A stretch of DNA of 57,614 nucleotides from positions 1 through 57,614 of the IMG/VR virus record IMGVR_UViG_3300028844_006223; one strand, 5' to 3'. Shown here in pieces: positions 49,178-57,614 of the stretch (position 1 is its first letter; every line of letters starts with the position of its first letter). Both the position numbers and the translations under genes were made by a program. The notes below the pieces were generated by a model. That model ran no database searches, was not told the origin of the DNA, and was given only the letters and a program-made list of their open reading frames with translations. The stretch comes from a virus (Duplodnaviria; Caudoviricetes).

Positions 49178-49825
49178 TTATAATTGTTTTACATATAAAG
49201 CATCCACCCATATTCCATTGTGAGAATTAGTGTCAATTACTCTATAAAAATTAAAATTTTTTAAAAATATATCAATATCATTAATTAAAGGTTGATTCTC
49301 ATATAATTCAACAAAACTAACTTCACACAAAATAGATTTAAAATTATTTAATATATCACCAAATCCTTTTAAAACTTCTAATTCAGCACCTTGAACATCT
49401 AAACATAAATGGTCATAATCATTATTAGAAATATTATATTTTTCATAAAAAGTTTTCATTGTGATTGTTTTAACTTTTATATCATCTATTATTTTGACTG
49501 TTGGAAAATGTTTTAAATGCTTATCTAATGGCAAAACGGATGAAGATTGGCCATCATTATTTGTAATGAAAAAATCAAATTCTTTGTTATCTTCGGACCA
49601 TACAGTATGATTAAATATTTTTTCACTTTTAGTTTCCAAATGTTTTATTTCTTCAAAAATATTAGGAAGTGCCTCAATCCATATAATTTTATCAACACCT
49701 ATTTTATTATAAGATTCTCTTTCTTGTAATCTACTTGCTCCGATATGTATAATACCTTTAATATCACCAACTTTTTCTTTTAATTTCAACATATGTTTAT
49801 GTTTTTCTTCATGATGTGGGTTCAT
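49178..49825 (-). CDS. FkbM-family methyltransferase
   Basis: HIGA, IEA.P, SSSVL, LDVQGAELEVLKG, EV...ELY. Confidence 0.88.
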   Translation of the reverse strand: MNPHHEEKHKHMLKLKEKVGDIKGIIHIGASRLQERESYNKIGVDKIIWIEALPNIFEEIKHLETKSEKIFNHTVWSEDNKEFDFFITNNDGQSSSVLPLDKHLKHFPTVKIIDDIKVKTITMKTFYEKYNISNNDYDHLCLDVQGAELEVLKGFGDILNNFKSILCEVSFVELYENQPLINDIDIFLKNFNFYRVIDTNSHNGIWVDALYVKQL

Positions 49826-49838
49826 TATATTTTTCCTT

Positions 49839-50447
49839 TCATTTTTTTATGTAAAATTCATCATCAAATTTATAATTAAAAAAGTTAATATCATCTTTGT
49901 AATAATTTGTAATTATATCAAAATTTTTTGAATTTTTATAATATGTTCTATAGTCAATATCATTTTTTAAAATTATATTCTTTTTTGGTAAAGGATGTTT
50001 TTTTATATTTAATTTTTCAAAAAGAAAATTCATATCATCTTCAAAATTTTCTAGACGTATAATAAAATTAACTCTTATTTTATTATTATATGTTAAATGT
50101 TTATAGTATGGAGTGGCATGCCATTTTTCGGAAGGATGGCCATTATAAACATTATTTTTTAGTCTTTCGCAAAATTTATCAAAATTAATATTTTTATCTG
50201 TTATGCGCCAATGGTGCATAATTGAAATTGCTCTTCTGTAAGGATTTCTTATGTTGCTAAAAACATAACATTTTTTTAAATCTTCTTTAATTTTTTTATC
50301 AACACTATCATATAAATTTCCATCTTTATACCACAAGCCTACATGAGCGCCTCCATAATATTCTATATTATTTGGTATACAAAAAGAGTCAGTAATAGTT
50401 CTTGAACCTGCTCTTGGGATTCTTAAATATATAACTTTATTATCCAT
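49839..50447 (-). CDS. Sulfotransferase (Sulfotransfer_2-like)
   Basis: YLRIPRAGSRTI, IRNPYRRAIS, IRLENF.DD, YYKDD...F.Y. Confidence 0.8.
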   Translation of the reverse strand: MDNKVIYLRIPRAGSRTITDSFCIPNNIEYYGGAHVGLWYKDGNLYDSVDKKIKEDLKKCYVFSNIRNPYRRAISIMHHWRITDKNINFDKFCERLKNNVYNGHPSEKWHATPYYKHLTYNNKIRVNFIIRLENFEDDMNFLFEKLNIKKHPLPKKNIILKNDIDYRTYYKNSKNFDIITNYYKDDINFFNYKFDDEFYIKK

Positions 50448-50455
50448 ATTTTATT

Positions 50456-51052
50456 TTATAAATTATGTTTATTAATAAAATCAATTATGTATTTTGGATT
50501 ACCAATGTGAACATTACCATCTGATAATGGTATATTTAAAAAACCTTCATTATCTGCATATTCATTATAAACATCTATAAATATATAATTATTTTTCAAA
50601 CAGTATTCTTTTAATTTTTGATTGAAATAATTAACATATGATTTTCTTTGGTTATCTGTTCCTACAAATGGCCACTCAGGATTGTTGCCATCTTTTTTCT
50701 TATCCTGAGGATATGGCGGAACTACATTAAAAATACAAATATTGATATTAAATTTAATTAAATCTTTGTTAAGTTTGATCGTATCAAAATATTTTTTTAC
50801 TATTAAATCAATTTGTTTTTGATATGTATTATCTTTTGTCAAATGTTTATGTATATGTCCTCTACAATCAATTTCACCAAAACAAAATATAATACTATCA
50901 TTTGGTTTTAATCCTATATTTGATATATTAACTCTTTTTAACCCATCTCTACCGGCAGTGAACGCTAGAATAGCCCGTAACCAATGTACTTTAACACCAG
51001 GAATTTTTTCCCAAGGAAATTTAGAGTGACTATCTCCGATTGTGTGTATCAT
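50456..51052 (-). CDS. SGNH/GDSL-fold protein
   Basis: IGDSH, GEIDCR, D.VH. Confidence 0.7.
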   Translation of the reverse strand: MIHTIGDSHSKFPWEKIPGVKVHWLRAILAFTAGRDGLKRVNISNIGLKPNDSIIFCFGEIDCRGHIHKHLTKDNTYQKQIDLIVKKYFDTIKLNKDLIKFNINICIFNVVPPYPQDKKKDGNNPEWPFVGTDNQRKSYVNYFNQKLKEYCLKNNYIFIDVYNEYADNEGFLNIPLSDGNVHIGNPKYIIDFINKHNL

Positions 51053-51969
51053 TTTTTATACCATTCATACGTTTGTTTTAAGCCATCTTCTAAACTAATT
51101 TTAGATTCCCACCCATAGTCTTTTGCTTTGTTTACATCTAAAAGTTTTCTTGGTGTGCCATCTGGCTTTGTTCGATCCCAAATGATATCACCTTGATAGC
51201 CGACTACATTTGCAATTGTATAAGCAAGGTCTCGTATCGATACATCTTTACCTGTGCCGATGTTGATTACCTGAGTGCTATTATATTTATCCATCAGATG
51301 GATAGCAGCATCGGCAAGGTCATCTACATGAAGAAATTCTCTCTTAGCTTCTCCAGTACCCCAGACTTCAACAGTAGGCTCATTGTTGATCTTTGCTTCA
51401 TGAAACTTACGAAGTAATGCGGGTAGGACATGTGATTCATTCAAGTCAAAATTATCATTTGGTCCATATAGATTTGTAGGCATTAAAGACATTGCATTCC
51501 AACCATATTGATTCATATATGCTTGACACATTTTGATACCAGCAATCTTTGCTATAGCATATGCATCATTTGTACCCTCAAGGGCACCAGTCATAAAGTA
51601 TTCTTCTTTGATTGGTTGTTGTGCTAATCTTGGATAGATGCAGGAAGAGCCGAGAAAACAAAGTTTCTTGACACCACTTTCATATGCTCCATGAATCACA
51701 TTTGTTTGAATCAACAAATTATCATAAATGAATTCTGCTTTGCGTGTTGAGTTAGCTAGAATACCACCAACTTTAGCTGCAGCAAGAAATACATAATCAA
51801 ATTTATAGTTACTAAAAATGTAATCAGTACTTTCTTTTTGGCGTAAGTCAAAGTCTCGACTATTAAATGTTAATATATTTTTATAGCCATCATTCTGCAA
51901 TCGTCGATAAATTGCCGAACCTACAAGACCTGTATGTCCTGCAACAAATATTTTACTGTCCTTCTCCAT
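51049..51969 (-). CDS. fcl: GDP-L-fucose synthase
   Basis: [39 protein letters not shown]. Confidence 0.96.
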   Translation of the reverse strand: MEKDSKIFVAGHTGLVGSAIYRRLQNDGYKNILTFNSRDFDLRQKESTDYIFSNYKFDYVFLAAAKVGGILANSTRKAEFIYDNLLIQTNVIHGAYESGVKKLCFLGSSCIYPRLAQQPIKEEYFMTGALEGTNDAYAIAKIAGIKMCQAYMNQYGWNAMSLMPTNLYGPNDNFDLNESHVLPALLRKFHEAKINNEPTVEVWGTGEAKREFLHVDDLADAAIHLMDKYNSTQVINIGTGKDVSIRDLAYTIANVVGYQGDIIWDRTKPDGTPRKLLDVNKAKDYGWESKISLEDGLKQTYEWYKK

Positions 51970-52966
51970 AACACATTTCTCTCACTAATGATTTAAAGTC
52001 ATACTCTGGTTTCCATCCAAGCCGCCATCGTGCATTCGTGGAATCACCCAATAAGCTTTCTACTTCAGTTGGTCTGTAGTATATATCATTGATAATAACA
52101 AGCTTTCTGCCAGTCTCAACATCAAATCCGCATTCATCCAAACCTTCTCCTTCCCAACGAATATCATATCCAAAATGTTCTGCAGTCAATTCAACAAAAT
52201 CTCGAATTGAATATTGTTCACCGGTTGCAATCACATAATCATTTGGATATGAGTCTTGTAATATCAACCACATTGCACGAACATAATCCTTCGCATGTCC
52301 CCAATCTCGTTTTGCATCAAGGTTGCCTAATTGAAGAACCGCTTGATCATTATCTCTCATCTCACGAAAACCATTGACAATTTTCTTTGTGACAAATGTA
52401 TCACCTCTTCTTGGTGATTCATGATTAAATAATATTCCAGAACAAGCGAACATTCCATATGCTTCACGATAATTTTTTACAATCCAATAAGCATATAATT
52501 TTGCTATGCCATAAGGTGAACGAGGATAGAAAGGTGTCTGTTCGTTCTGAGGAGTTTCACGAACTTTGCCATATAGTTCTGAAGTTGATGCTTGATAGAA
52601 TTTGACTGATGTTTCAAGACCCAGTGTGCGGATTGCTTCAAGAAAACGGAGTGTTCCTAATCCACCAACGTCACCTGTATAGTCAGGTATCTCAAATGAA
52701 ACCTTAACATGTGATTGTGCAGCAAGATTATAGATTTCATCAGGTTGTGTTTTTTGAATGATGTGTAATAAACTTGAGCCATCAGTCATATCACCATAAT
52801 GTAGTTTTAGATTAGGATGATCATTTAATAAATGATCAATTCTTCCTGTATTGAAAGATGATGACCTTCTGATGATACCATGAACTTTGTAATTTTTTTC
52901 AAGAAGTAATTCGGTAAGATAAGAGCCGTCTTGTCCAGTAATGCCACTGATGAGTGCAGTTTTCAT
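51953..52966 (-). CDS. gmd: GDP-mannose 4,6-dehydratase
   Basis: [43 protein letters not shown]. Confidence 0.97.
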   Translation of the reverse strand: MKTALISGITGQDGSYLTELLLEKNYKVHGIIRRSSSFNTGRIDHLLNDHPNLKLHYGDMTDGSSLLHIIQKTQPDEIYNLAAQSHVKVSFEIPDYTGDVGGLGTLRFLEAIRTLGLETSVKFYQASTSELYGKVRETPQNEQTPFYPRSPYGIAKLYAYWIVKNYREAYGMFACSGILFNHESPRRGDTFVTKKIVNGFREMRDNDQAVLQLGNLDAKRDWGHAKDYVRAMWLILQDSYPNDYVIATGEQYSIRDFVELTAEHFGYDIRWEGEGLDECGFDVETGRKLVIINDIYYRPTEVESLLGDSTNARWRLGWKPEYDFKSLVREMCYGEGQ

Positions 52967-53011
52967 AATATATCACCTCAAGTTGAGAATGTTTATAATG
53001 ATCTATACATT

Positions 53012-53137
53012 TTATATTTCAGATACTTGATCTTCTTTTGCTTGTTCGATATCTAAATCAAACTTATTTAGCGGAACGTTTTGAGGAGGTTCCGCTGTTT
53101 CGCTAAATGTATTTTGTGTATTCGCTTGATAAGACAC
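53012..53137 (-). CDS. Possible small protein (41 aa, GTG start)
   Basis: Read by hand; fills the gap directly after the upstream stop; no clear RBS. Confidence 0.3.
   Translation of the reverse strand: MSYQANTQNTFSETAEPPQNVPLNKFDLDIEQAKEDQVSEI
53065..53072 (-). promoter_or_regulatory. Late-promoter-like GCTAAATA upstream of gmd
   Basis: About 100 nt upstream of gmd; the same octamer precedes hsp20 and the 54862 gene. Confidence 0.4.
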
Positions 53138-53139
53138 CG

Positions 53140-53481
53140 TTAGTTTATTTCAACCCAGGAAGTTGATTCTTCGTTCCAACGATAGTTTGTTTTGATTGTT
53201 GTTGGTTTTTCAACCGGAGCTTTCCATCTTGCTTTTGGATGGTCACCTTCTACATATTCTTCAAGAACCCATGATGGATAAGGTTTTGGTGGAAGGAACA
53301 TATCAAGTTTGCGATCATAAGTATCACCTACGGCGGCAAACTTGTTACGAAATTTATTGTTATATGATGTTTGTATATATTGGTGTGGGTCACCAGCGGT
53401 GCCGTTGTTAATTGTAATTGGTTCTGCAACAATTACATTAACAACTTTACCGTTTGGTTTAATTTTTGCAAAATGTGACAT
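53140..53481 (-). CDS. Conserved phage hypothetical protein, usually downstream of glycine-rich virion proteins
   Basis: MSHFAKI...QTSYN...FR.KFA..GDTYD...PKPYPSW. Confidence 0.75.
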   Translation of the reverse strand: MSHFAKIKPNGKVVNVIVAEPITINNGTAGDPHQYIQTSYNNKFRNKFAAVGDTYDRKLDMFLPPKPYPSWVLEEYVEGDHPKARWKAPVEKPTTIKTNYRWNEESTSWVEIN

Positions 53482-53500
53482 AATAAAATTTTATTAAAGA

Positions 53501-54862
53501 TTAAACAATACCAAATTGTGTAGCAGGATCAACAAGTGATGCTGAGAATGGTCCAAAGGCTTCATCAAGTTCAATGCGAATCAAAATAAATCCTGAACCA
53601 CCATTGTACCCTTGAGGTACTGGATAATTAGCAATATTGAATAGTGATTGCGCCCAAGCGCCCACTGTAGCATCAACCCGCAAACTACCTCCTGCTCCTC
53701 CACCAGTATTTACACCACCTGCACCACCAAATAATCTATCAGCAGAATATCCAAATGCATAACCATTCTTACCACCTTTACCATTGAAATATCTTTTATT
53801 CAATGTATCAAAACCAGCTGCAGCACGATAGCTTGCTCCACCGCCGCCGCCACCTAAACCGCCATCACCGGGTTCTTCATCTCCAGTTGCAGCACCTCCG
53901 CCGCCACCACCCCAGTAAATATCTCCATTATACCTATATACATTTTGAAATACTTCATTAACCCAAGGAACAGTAATACCATCACCACCATCACCGGCTT
54001 TCTTTTCTGTACCAACACCACCCGTAGTACCTGCTCCACCTCCGCCTCCGGAAAAGTATGTTTCAGTTGTAGGTGTTTGTGTGTATGAAGGATCTTCATC
54101 CCAGGGATTTGAATTTCCACCATCATTGTTATTCAGTAACATTGCCCCGCCCATATATGTACCAGTGGACTGAGTATTTAATGTTGTCCAATCTGCATTG
54201 TCAACTTTAGCAGCACCACTACCAAAACTAGCAGGATGACCGGCAAGACTTTGATCTGATTTATTACGGTCAGCACCACCTGCACCTCCACCACAACCAC
54301 CGGGAACAGCAAGCGTATCAGTTCCACGATATCCACCAACACCACCACCTTCAGCAACAACTACAGGTACTACAGGATATGGATGAGTTGGATTATTCCA
54401 TGGTGATGAAGCTCCCCATGTTCCTGTTGTAGAACCCAAATATGGTCCAAATGAACTAGGGCTACCAGGATTACCTAGGTGACCAGATAAAGGAGATGCC
54501 AATGAATCAAATCCTGATTGTTGAACGCCTCCTGTTCCACCAGCACCTACAGTACAAATATAATGTCCTTCAGGTAGTTGTGCTTTCTCAATATTAATTA
54601 CAGCACCTCCTCCGGAACCACCAGAAATATTTCCAATTGAACTACCACCGCCTCCGGCAACAATTAAGATATCAGTGTTTGAAGTTTTTTGCAAAATTAA
54701 TGCGCCAGTTGTTGGATAAGAAATCACCGCATACGATTTTGCATTAGCAGTATCAGTATAGAATTTATATTCTCTATTTTCGACAATATATGTTCTTAAT
54801 GTTTGATCAAGATAACCCGGACCTATTTGCACAAGTTTATCTAATATTTTGGTAAGAGGCAT
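53501..54862 (-). CDS. Glycine-rich virion/tail-associated protein
   Basis: LIVAGGGG, repeated GGGGG motifs, NTGGG.GG, GGSG.ILIR; ATG 54862 with GGAG. Confidence 0.8.
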   Translation of the reverse strand: MPLTKILDKLVQIGPGYLDQTLRTYIVENREYKFYTDTANAKSYAVISYPTTGALILQKTSNTDILIVAGGGGSSIGNISGGSGGGAVINIEKAQLPEGHYICTVGAGGTGGVQQSGFDSLASPLSGHLGNPGSPSSFGPYLGSTTGTWGASSPWNNPTHPYPVVPVVVAEGGGVGGYRGTDTLAVPGGCGGGAGGADRNKSDQSLAGHPASFGSGAAKVDNADWTTLNTQSTGTYMGGAMLLNNNDGGNSNPWDEDPSYTQTPTTETYFSGGGGGAGTTGGVGTEKKAGDGGDGITVPWVNEVFQNVYRYNGDIYWGGGGGGAATGDEEPGDGGLGGGGGGASYRAAAGFDTLNKRYFNGKGGKNGYAFGYSADRLFGGAGGVNTGGGAGGSLRVDATVGAWAQSLFNIANYPVPQGYNGGSGFILIRIELDEAFGPFSASLVDPATQFGIV

Positions 54863-54908
54863 TATATCTCCGTATTGATTTATATTTTCATTTGAAATAC
54901 TTATAAAG

Positions 54909-55103
54909 CTATTTAGCAAATAACTTGTGTCGTATTTTTAAAATAAGATTATTTGCTTTGCGTAGAGTCGGTGCGAATTTTTCAATAAACTCAATCTCTA
55001 ATTTATCGATATCTTTTTCTTTGCAACGAATTATTGGACAAACGTATTTGACATAGAAAAGGATGATTTTGATTTGAAATTTTCGAAATGATTCTTCATC
55101 CAT
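54909..55103 (-). CDS. Small hypothetical protein
   Basis: 64 aa ORF; GATAAATA at 55135-55142 upstream. Confidence 0.5.
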   Translation of the reverse strand: MDEESFRKFQIKIILFYVKYVCPIIRCKEKDIDKLEIEFIEKFAPTLRKANNLILKIRHKLFAK

Positions 55104-55163
55104 ATGTACTTTGAAGAGACGAGTCCTTTTATAGTATTTATCAGATTAATTGATTTTAAAAAT

Positions 55164-55171
55164 TATAAATA
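55164..55171 (+). promoter_or_regulatory. T4-type late promoter
   Basis: Exact TATAAATA 48 nt upstream of ATG 55219. Confidence 0.7.
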
Positions 55172-55218
55172 CATGTAGTATAAATTAGGCGCTTAACTTT
55201 AACCAAGGAATTAAAATC

Positions 55219-57614
55219 ATGCAATCTTTTTCAAGTTTTTTCAAGGAAACAATTCTTGAATTAGCTATGGATCCATCCATGGCTTTGATGGCACAAGGAA
55301 GTATTGATACAGTTAAACATGCAAAGTATAAATTTAAACCAGGTGGAAAACTTGGAGATCCGAAAGGTGAAATCTTTATGCTCATGACACCAAAACAATT
55401 TTATGAAAATGAAGAGGCAGAAGGCCGATTGAAAAAAGAAAATAAGGCTACGCTGAGTGAAAACTACTGGCAAGATCTAGTAGCAATGAAATATACTTCA
55501 GAACGTGACTATAAAAGCTGGGGTGATAATGTTCGTAATCGTATGCAAATCATCAAGAACATTCCTAACTTCAATGAAGAACAATTAAAAACGAATGTTC
55601 GTACCTTCAATAAAATGCAAAAAGATGCCTTTGATAATTATTCAGGTGCATACAATTCACAAACAGAAAAAAGATTTCAAGCAAAAAGAGAAGGTGCCGT
55701 ACAAAAGAATTTCAAACAAGATCTATTCAAACAACTTGAAGATAAAAACATTCTTGATGATAAAGTTAAAAGCACATATGAAGTTGGTCTTAATTTAGAC
55801 CATTTACAAGATTCAAAGTTTATTAAACTATTGATGAAATCATTGCAAGTTGAAGCAGGTCTCATCAAAGGTACTTATAAAGATCCTGCAGTGAACAAGC
55901 CATTACTGCATGGTTCTGCAATGATGGATGGTAATTTACAAGTCAATGATGAACAAGTATTGATTGACTACATCATGGGTAAAGATGTACCTTATGATGG
56001 TATCGTAAGAAATATCTTTAAAGACAATGGTGAACAACTATCAAAGAGTGAAGTCAAAGAATTGTTTACAGCAATGGGTGATGAAGTCAAATCATTGACT
56101 GACAAAGGTATGGATAAAGAAAAAGCGATCAAGCAAGTGATTGGTAACTATGCTAAAAAATCAAAAGATGGTGGTGATGCAAAAGAAGGTGAGTTGAAAT
56201 ACTATTTCTATGATGGTCTTTCAAAAGAAGTAAGCAAGTTCAAGCAGATGTCTGAACAAGAATTGATGAGAAGATTTAAAAGTTTCAACAAATCTGTAGG
56301 ATCATTGCAAAATAGTTTTAAGAAATCTTCATTTGATCCTGGCAAATCATTGTCTCAAAATCAAAAGATGATGAAATCAATGGGCGCCTTAGGCAAGAAC
56401 AAAGAGATTTATGACTTCACGCTGCCAGCGTACAAGGGCTTGGTGTATATGGAAAGGCCATGGAAGGACGTATATGGAAATATGCAGAAACCCGGCCTCG
56501 CAATCATAAACACCTGTCCTTCTGCGGCGCTTTGTAAATCTTTCTGTTATGCAACAAAAGGTTTTTACACAATGTATTCTTCTCCATCAATTAGTGCTGC
56601 ACAAGTTCTAACCTATCTTGTCAATCATCCAGCTGAATTCGAAAAGCAAGTAACAAACTATCTATCTCAACTTCATGGAAAGTCAAAGAAAGAAGTTGTT
56701 ATTCGCTGGCATGATGCAGGAGACTTCTTCTCTCGATCATATTATAATATGATCATGCGCATTGCAGCAAAGACACCAGACTTGTTGCACTATGCTTATA
56801 CAAAACGAGTTGAAATGATTCATGAAGTTGTCACAGGTAAAGACTTCAAAGGTGGTAAGGTGCAAGGTCTATCAAAGATACCTGACAACTTTGTTTTCAA
56901 TCTAAGTTATGGTGGTACATATGATGCGAAGATATCAAAGGTACCTGAACTTGCAGAATTTAAATTCTCAAAGGTTATTGATCTATCGATACCTGTCACT
57001 GAAGAATATGAACATGTCATGAAACGGGATGTGCTTGATAAGAGTTTTGTTGACAAAGCACACAAATTAGGAGATGAATATCATAATTCAGTTACTGTAA
57101 AAACTGTGACTGAAAAAATCAAGTCATTGACACATGAAGGCAAAGTACATAAAGATGTGACTGTACATAAGAAAATCCTAGAGTTTCATTACATTCCAAA
57201 ACTTGCTGTATTACCAGCACACACAATGGAAGAATTTATCAAACGAAACAAAGAAGTATTGGATACATTTCATAATCTTGATCATCATAATGTATTCCAT
57301 AAGATGTTTGATGAAGCAAGAGGACATCAGCATAGTAGAGTTACATTTGATGAAAAGTGGGTCAAGAAGAATCTAAGTTCAGAAGAAAAGAAGAAGCTTG
57401 AAGATCAATATCCTTCTTTATATAAAACTTATCTACCTGGTCCTATTCTTGATATTTACAAAAAAGCAATTCAAAAGTATTATGGTTTCAATAAACCAAT
57501 TTTAACATATGATGAAATGATTTCGCAAAGTGAGAATAAAACAGAACGAAATAAATATCATGTACTTGTTTCAACAAACGATGGGGACGTTTCGGCGCAA
57601 CGGCGAGACATTCA
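55219..57614 (+). CDS. Large GP88-like (radical-SAM-related Fe-S) protein, truncated by the window end and absent from the ORF track
   Basis: AAGGA RBS; frame read as open to the end; TCPSAALCKSFCYA (56512-56553), IRWHDAGDFFS, HYAYTK; leader MQSFSSFFKETILE. Confidence 0.75.
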   Translation, partial: MQSFSSFFKETILELAMDPSMALMAQGSIDTVKHAKYKFKPGGKLGDPKGEIFMLMTPKQFYENEEAEGRLKKENKATLSENYWQDLVAMKYTSERDYKSWGDNVRNRMQIIKNIPNFNEEQLKTNVRTFNKMQKDAFDNYSGAYNSQTEKRFQAKREGAVQKNFKQDLFKQLEDKNILDDKVKSTYEVGLNLDHLQDSKFIKLLMKSLQVEAGLIKGTYKDPAVNKPLLHGSAMMDGNLQVNDEQVLIDYIMGKDVPYDGIVRNIFKDNGEQLSKSEVKELFTAMGDEVKSLTDKGMDKEKAIKQVIGNYAKKSKDGGDAKEGELKYYFYDGLSKEVSKFKQMSEQELMRRFKSFNKSVGSLQNSFKKSSFDPGKSLSQNQKMMKSMGALGKNKEIYDFTLPAYKGLVYMERPWKDVYGNMQKPGLAIINTCPSAALCKSFCYATKGFYTMYSSPSISAAQVLTYLVNHPAEFEKQVTNYLSQLHGKSKKEVVIRWHDAGDFFSRSYYNMIMRIAAKTPDLLHYAYTKRVEMIHEVVTGKDFKGGKVQGLSKIPDNFVFNLSYGGTYDAKISKVPELAEFKFSKVIDLSIPVTEEYEHVMKRDVLDKSFVDKAHKLGDEYHNSVTVKTVTEKIKSLTHEGKVHKDVTVHKKILEFHYIPKLAVLPAHTMEEFIKRNKEVLDTFHNLDHHNVFHKMFDEARGHQHSRVTFDEKWVKKNLSSEEKKKLEDQYPSLYKTYLPGPILDIYKKAIQKYYGFNKPILTYDEMISQSENKTERNKYHVLVSTNDGDVSAQRRDI

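Noticed and set aside
41686-52966. Host chromosomal LPS or capsule locus, i.e. a prophage boundary or chimera
   Set aside because: Phage virion-type genes flank it on both sides in the same orientation, and wzx, wzy and ABC export genes are absent
41686-52966. DNA hypermodification cluster
   Set aside because: No base hydroxymethylase or similar DNA-handle enzyme is recognisable in the cluster, and the families present act on surface-type glycans; not strictly excluded
53501-54862. CCACCACC-type repeats as a DNA repeat element
   Set aside because: Explained by poly-Gly codons of the minus-strand glycine-rich protein
422-55868. Many short ORF-track entries nested in or antisense to long genes (e.g. 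471-872, 13512-13892, 32146-32505, 55185-55868)
   Set aside because: They are shadow frames of well-supported genes, with no recognisable motifs
1-57614. tRNA, rRNA or CRISPR arrays
   Set aside because: Intergenic gaps are short, and no cloverleaf, T-loop in tRNA context or regularly spaced repeat was seen by eye; a tRNAscan-SE run would be needed to exclude them fully
1-57614. Alternative genetic code (stop-codon reassignment)
   Set aside because: Core genes translate full length in the standard code, and TAA, TGA and TAG all occur as stops

Overview
This 57.6 kb window is part of an AT-rich T4-like (myovirus) phage genome, probably aquatic. Plus strand 1-36.9 kb carries a nucleotidyltransferase/ligase-HUP gene pair, three tandem tail-collar fibre genes, hsp20 behind a ROSE-like RNA thermometer, a RuvC-like resolvase behind an RBS-occluding hairpin, thyX, a DNA methyltransferase, a dihydrolipoamide dehydrogenase-family reductase, split Pnkp-like genes, the T4 replication core (gp43, UvsX, gp41, gp61) and a class Ia RNR (mini-intein in NrdA, Grx-NrdB fusion). 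Minus strand 36.9-55.1 kb carries small membrane/lipoprotein genes, putative capsid-internal proteins and a ~11 kb glycan operon. That operon has GDP-fucose synthesis (gmd, fcl), two fucosyltransferase-like genes, putative PAPS synthesis, two sulfotransferases, methyltransferases and further glycosyltransferases, so it may be a self-contained sulfated-fucan pathway. A GP88-like Fe-S protein starts at 55219 and runs off the window. About nine ORFs begin with a leader resembling the T4 capsid-targeting sequence, suggesting a set of packaged and injected enzymes. No tRNA, rRNA or CRISPR array was seen. All calls come from motif recognition by eye; no database searches were run.
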